Positions 63,754 to 64,000 of a stretch of DNA of 64,000 nucleotides are shown in pieces. Below the pieces are notes generated by a model. It saw only the letters and a list, made by a program, of their open reading frames with translations. It did not search any database and was not told the DNA's origin. The position numbers and the translations under genes are program-made. Location of the stretch: contig NC_067400.1 of the NCBI RefSeq assembly GCF_016432865.1, forward strand, positions 623,782,001 to 623,846,000, read 5' to 3'. The first letter of the stretch is position 1. The number at the start of each line of letters is the position of its first letter. Source of the DNA: Antechinus flavipes (lineage: Eukaryota).

Positions 63754-64000
63754 TGCGGAGCCTTGCCACCACTCTTGATCGCACCCTCCGGGGTCGGGCG
63801 GCCGCCCCTCCCTCCTCCGCACAAAGGCTCCCATGTCCCCTCACCCCACCCCATGCGTCCTCCCTTCTCCAGCACATTCTGAGCCTTCAACTGAGCATCA
63901 TATTACCTAGATTCAAGCCGCCCCCCCCCCTCCCCGCCCTGGATACCTTCTGGATATTCCCCATCTAGCAATATCCTCGAACTGCCCCTCCCAAAATTAA

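Overview
This is vertebrate genomic DNA, most likely from an Australian marsupial: the SINE/LINE complement resembles WSINE1, MAR1 and marsupial L1, recognised from memory rather than by search. It is syntenic with the human 19q13.42 extended leukocyte receptor complex (LRC) edge, shown in the orientation opposite to human. Bases 1-28.4 kb hold a very compact, GC-rich, almost transposon-free cluster: MBOAT7 (3' part, +), TMC4 (+), LENG1 (+), CNOT3 (-), PRPF31 (-), TFPT (+) and NDUFA3 (-). I walked every exon junction by hand and all frames close; one CNOT3 intron needs a GC-AG donor. CACNG6 (3' three exons, -) ends the window. In human the NDUFA3-CACNG6 interval holds OSCAR, TARM1 and VSTM1. 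Here I find only one two-Ig-domain LRC-type receptor gene (35701-37142, -). It is oriented opposite to the human genes in that slot, its splice sites and frame are intact, it has a single in-frame TAG in Ig domain 1, and its transmembrane motif has Gln where activating receptors have Arg. The rest of the interval is a dense set of GC-rich minisatellites, L1 insertions with target-site duplications, SINEs, L2/CR1/RTE remnants, an LTR, an orphan tRNA-Pro primer-binding-site-like sequence, an inverted duplication, CTCF-like sites and one 182-N gap. Most ORFs in the supplied track are artefacts of GC-rich or repetitive DNA.
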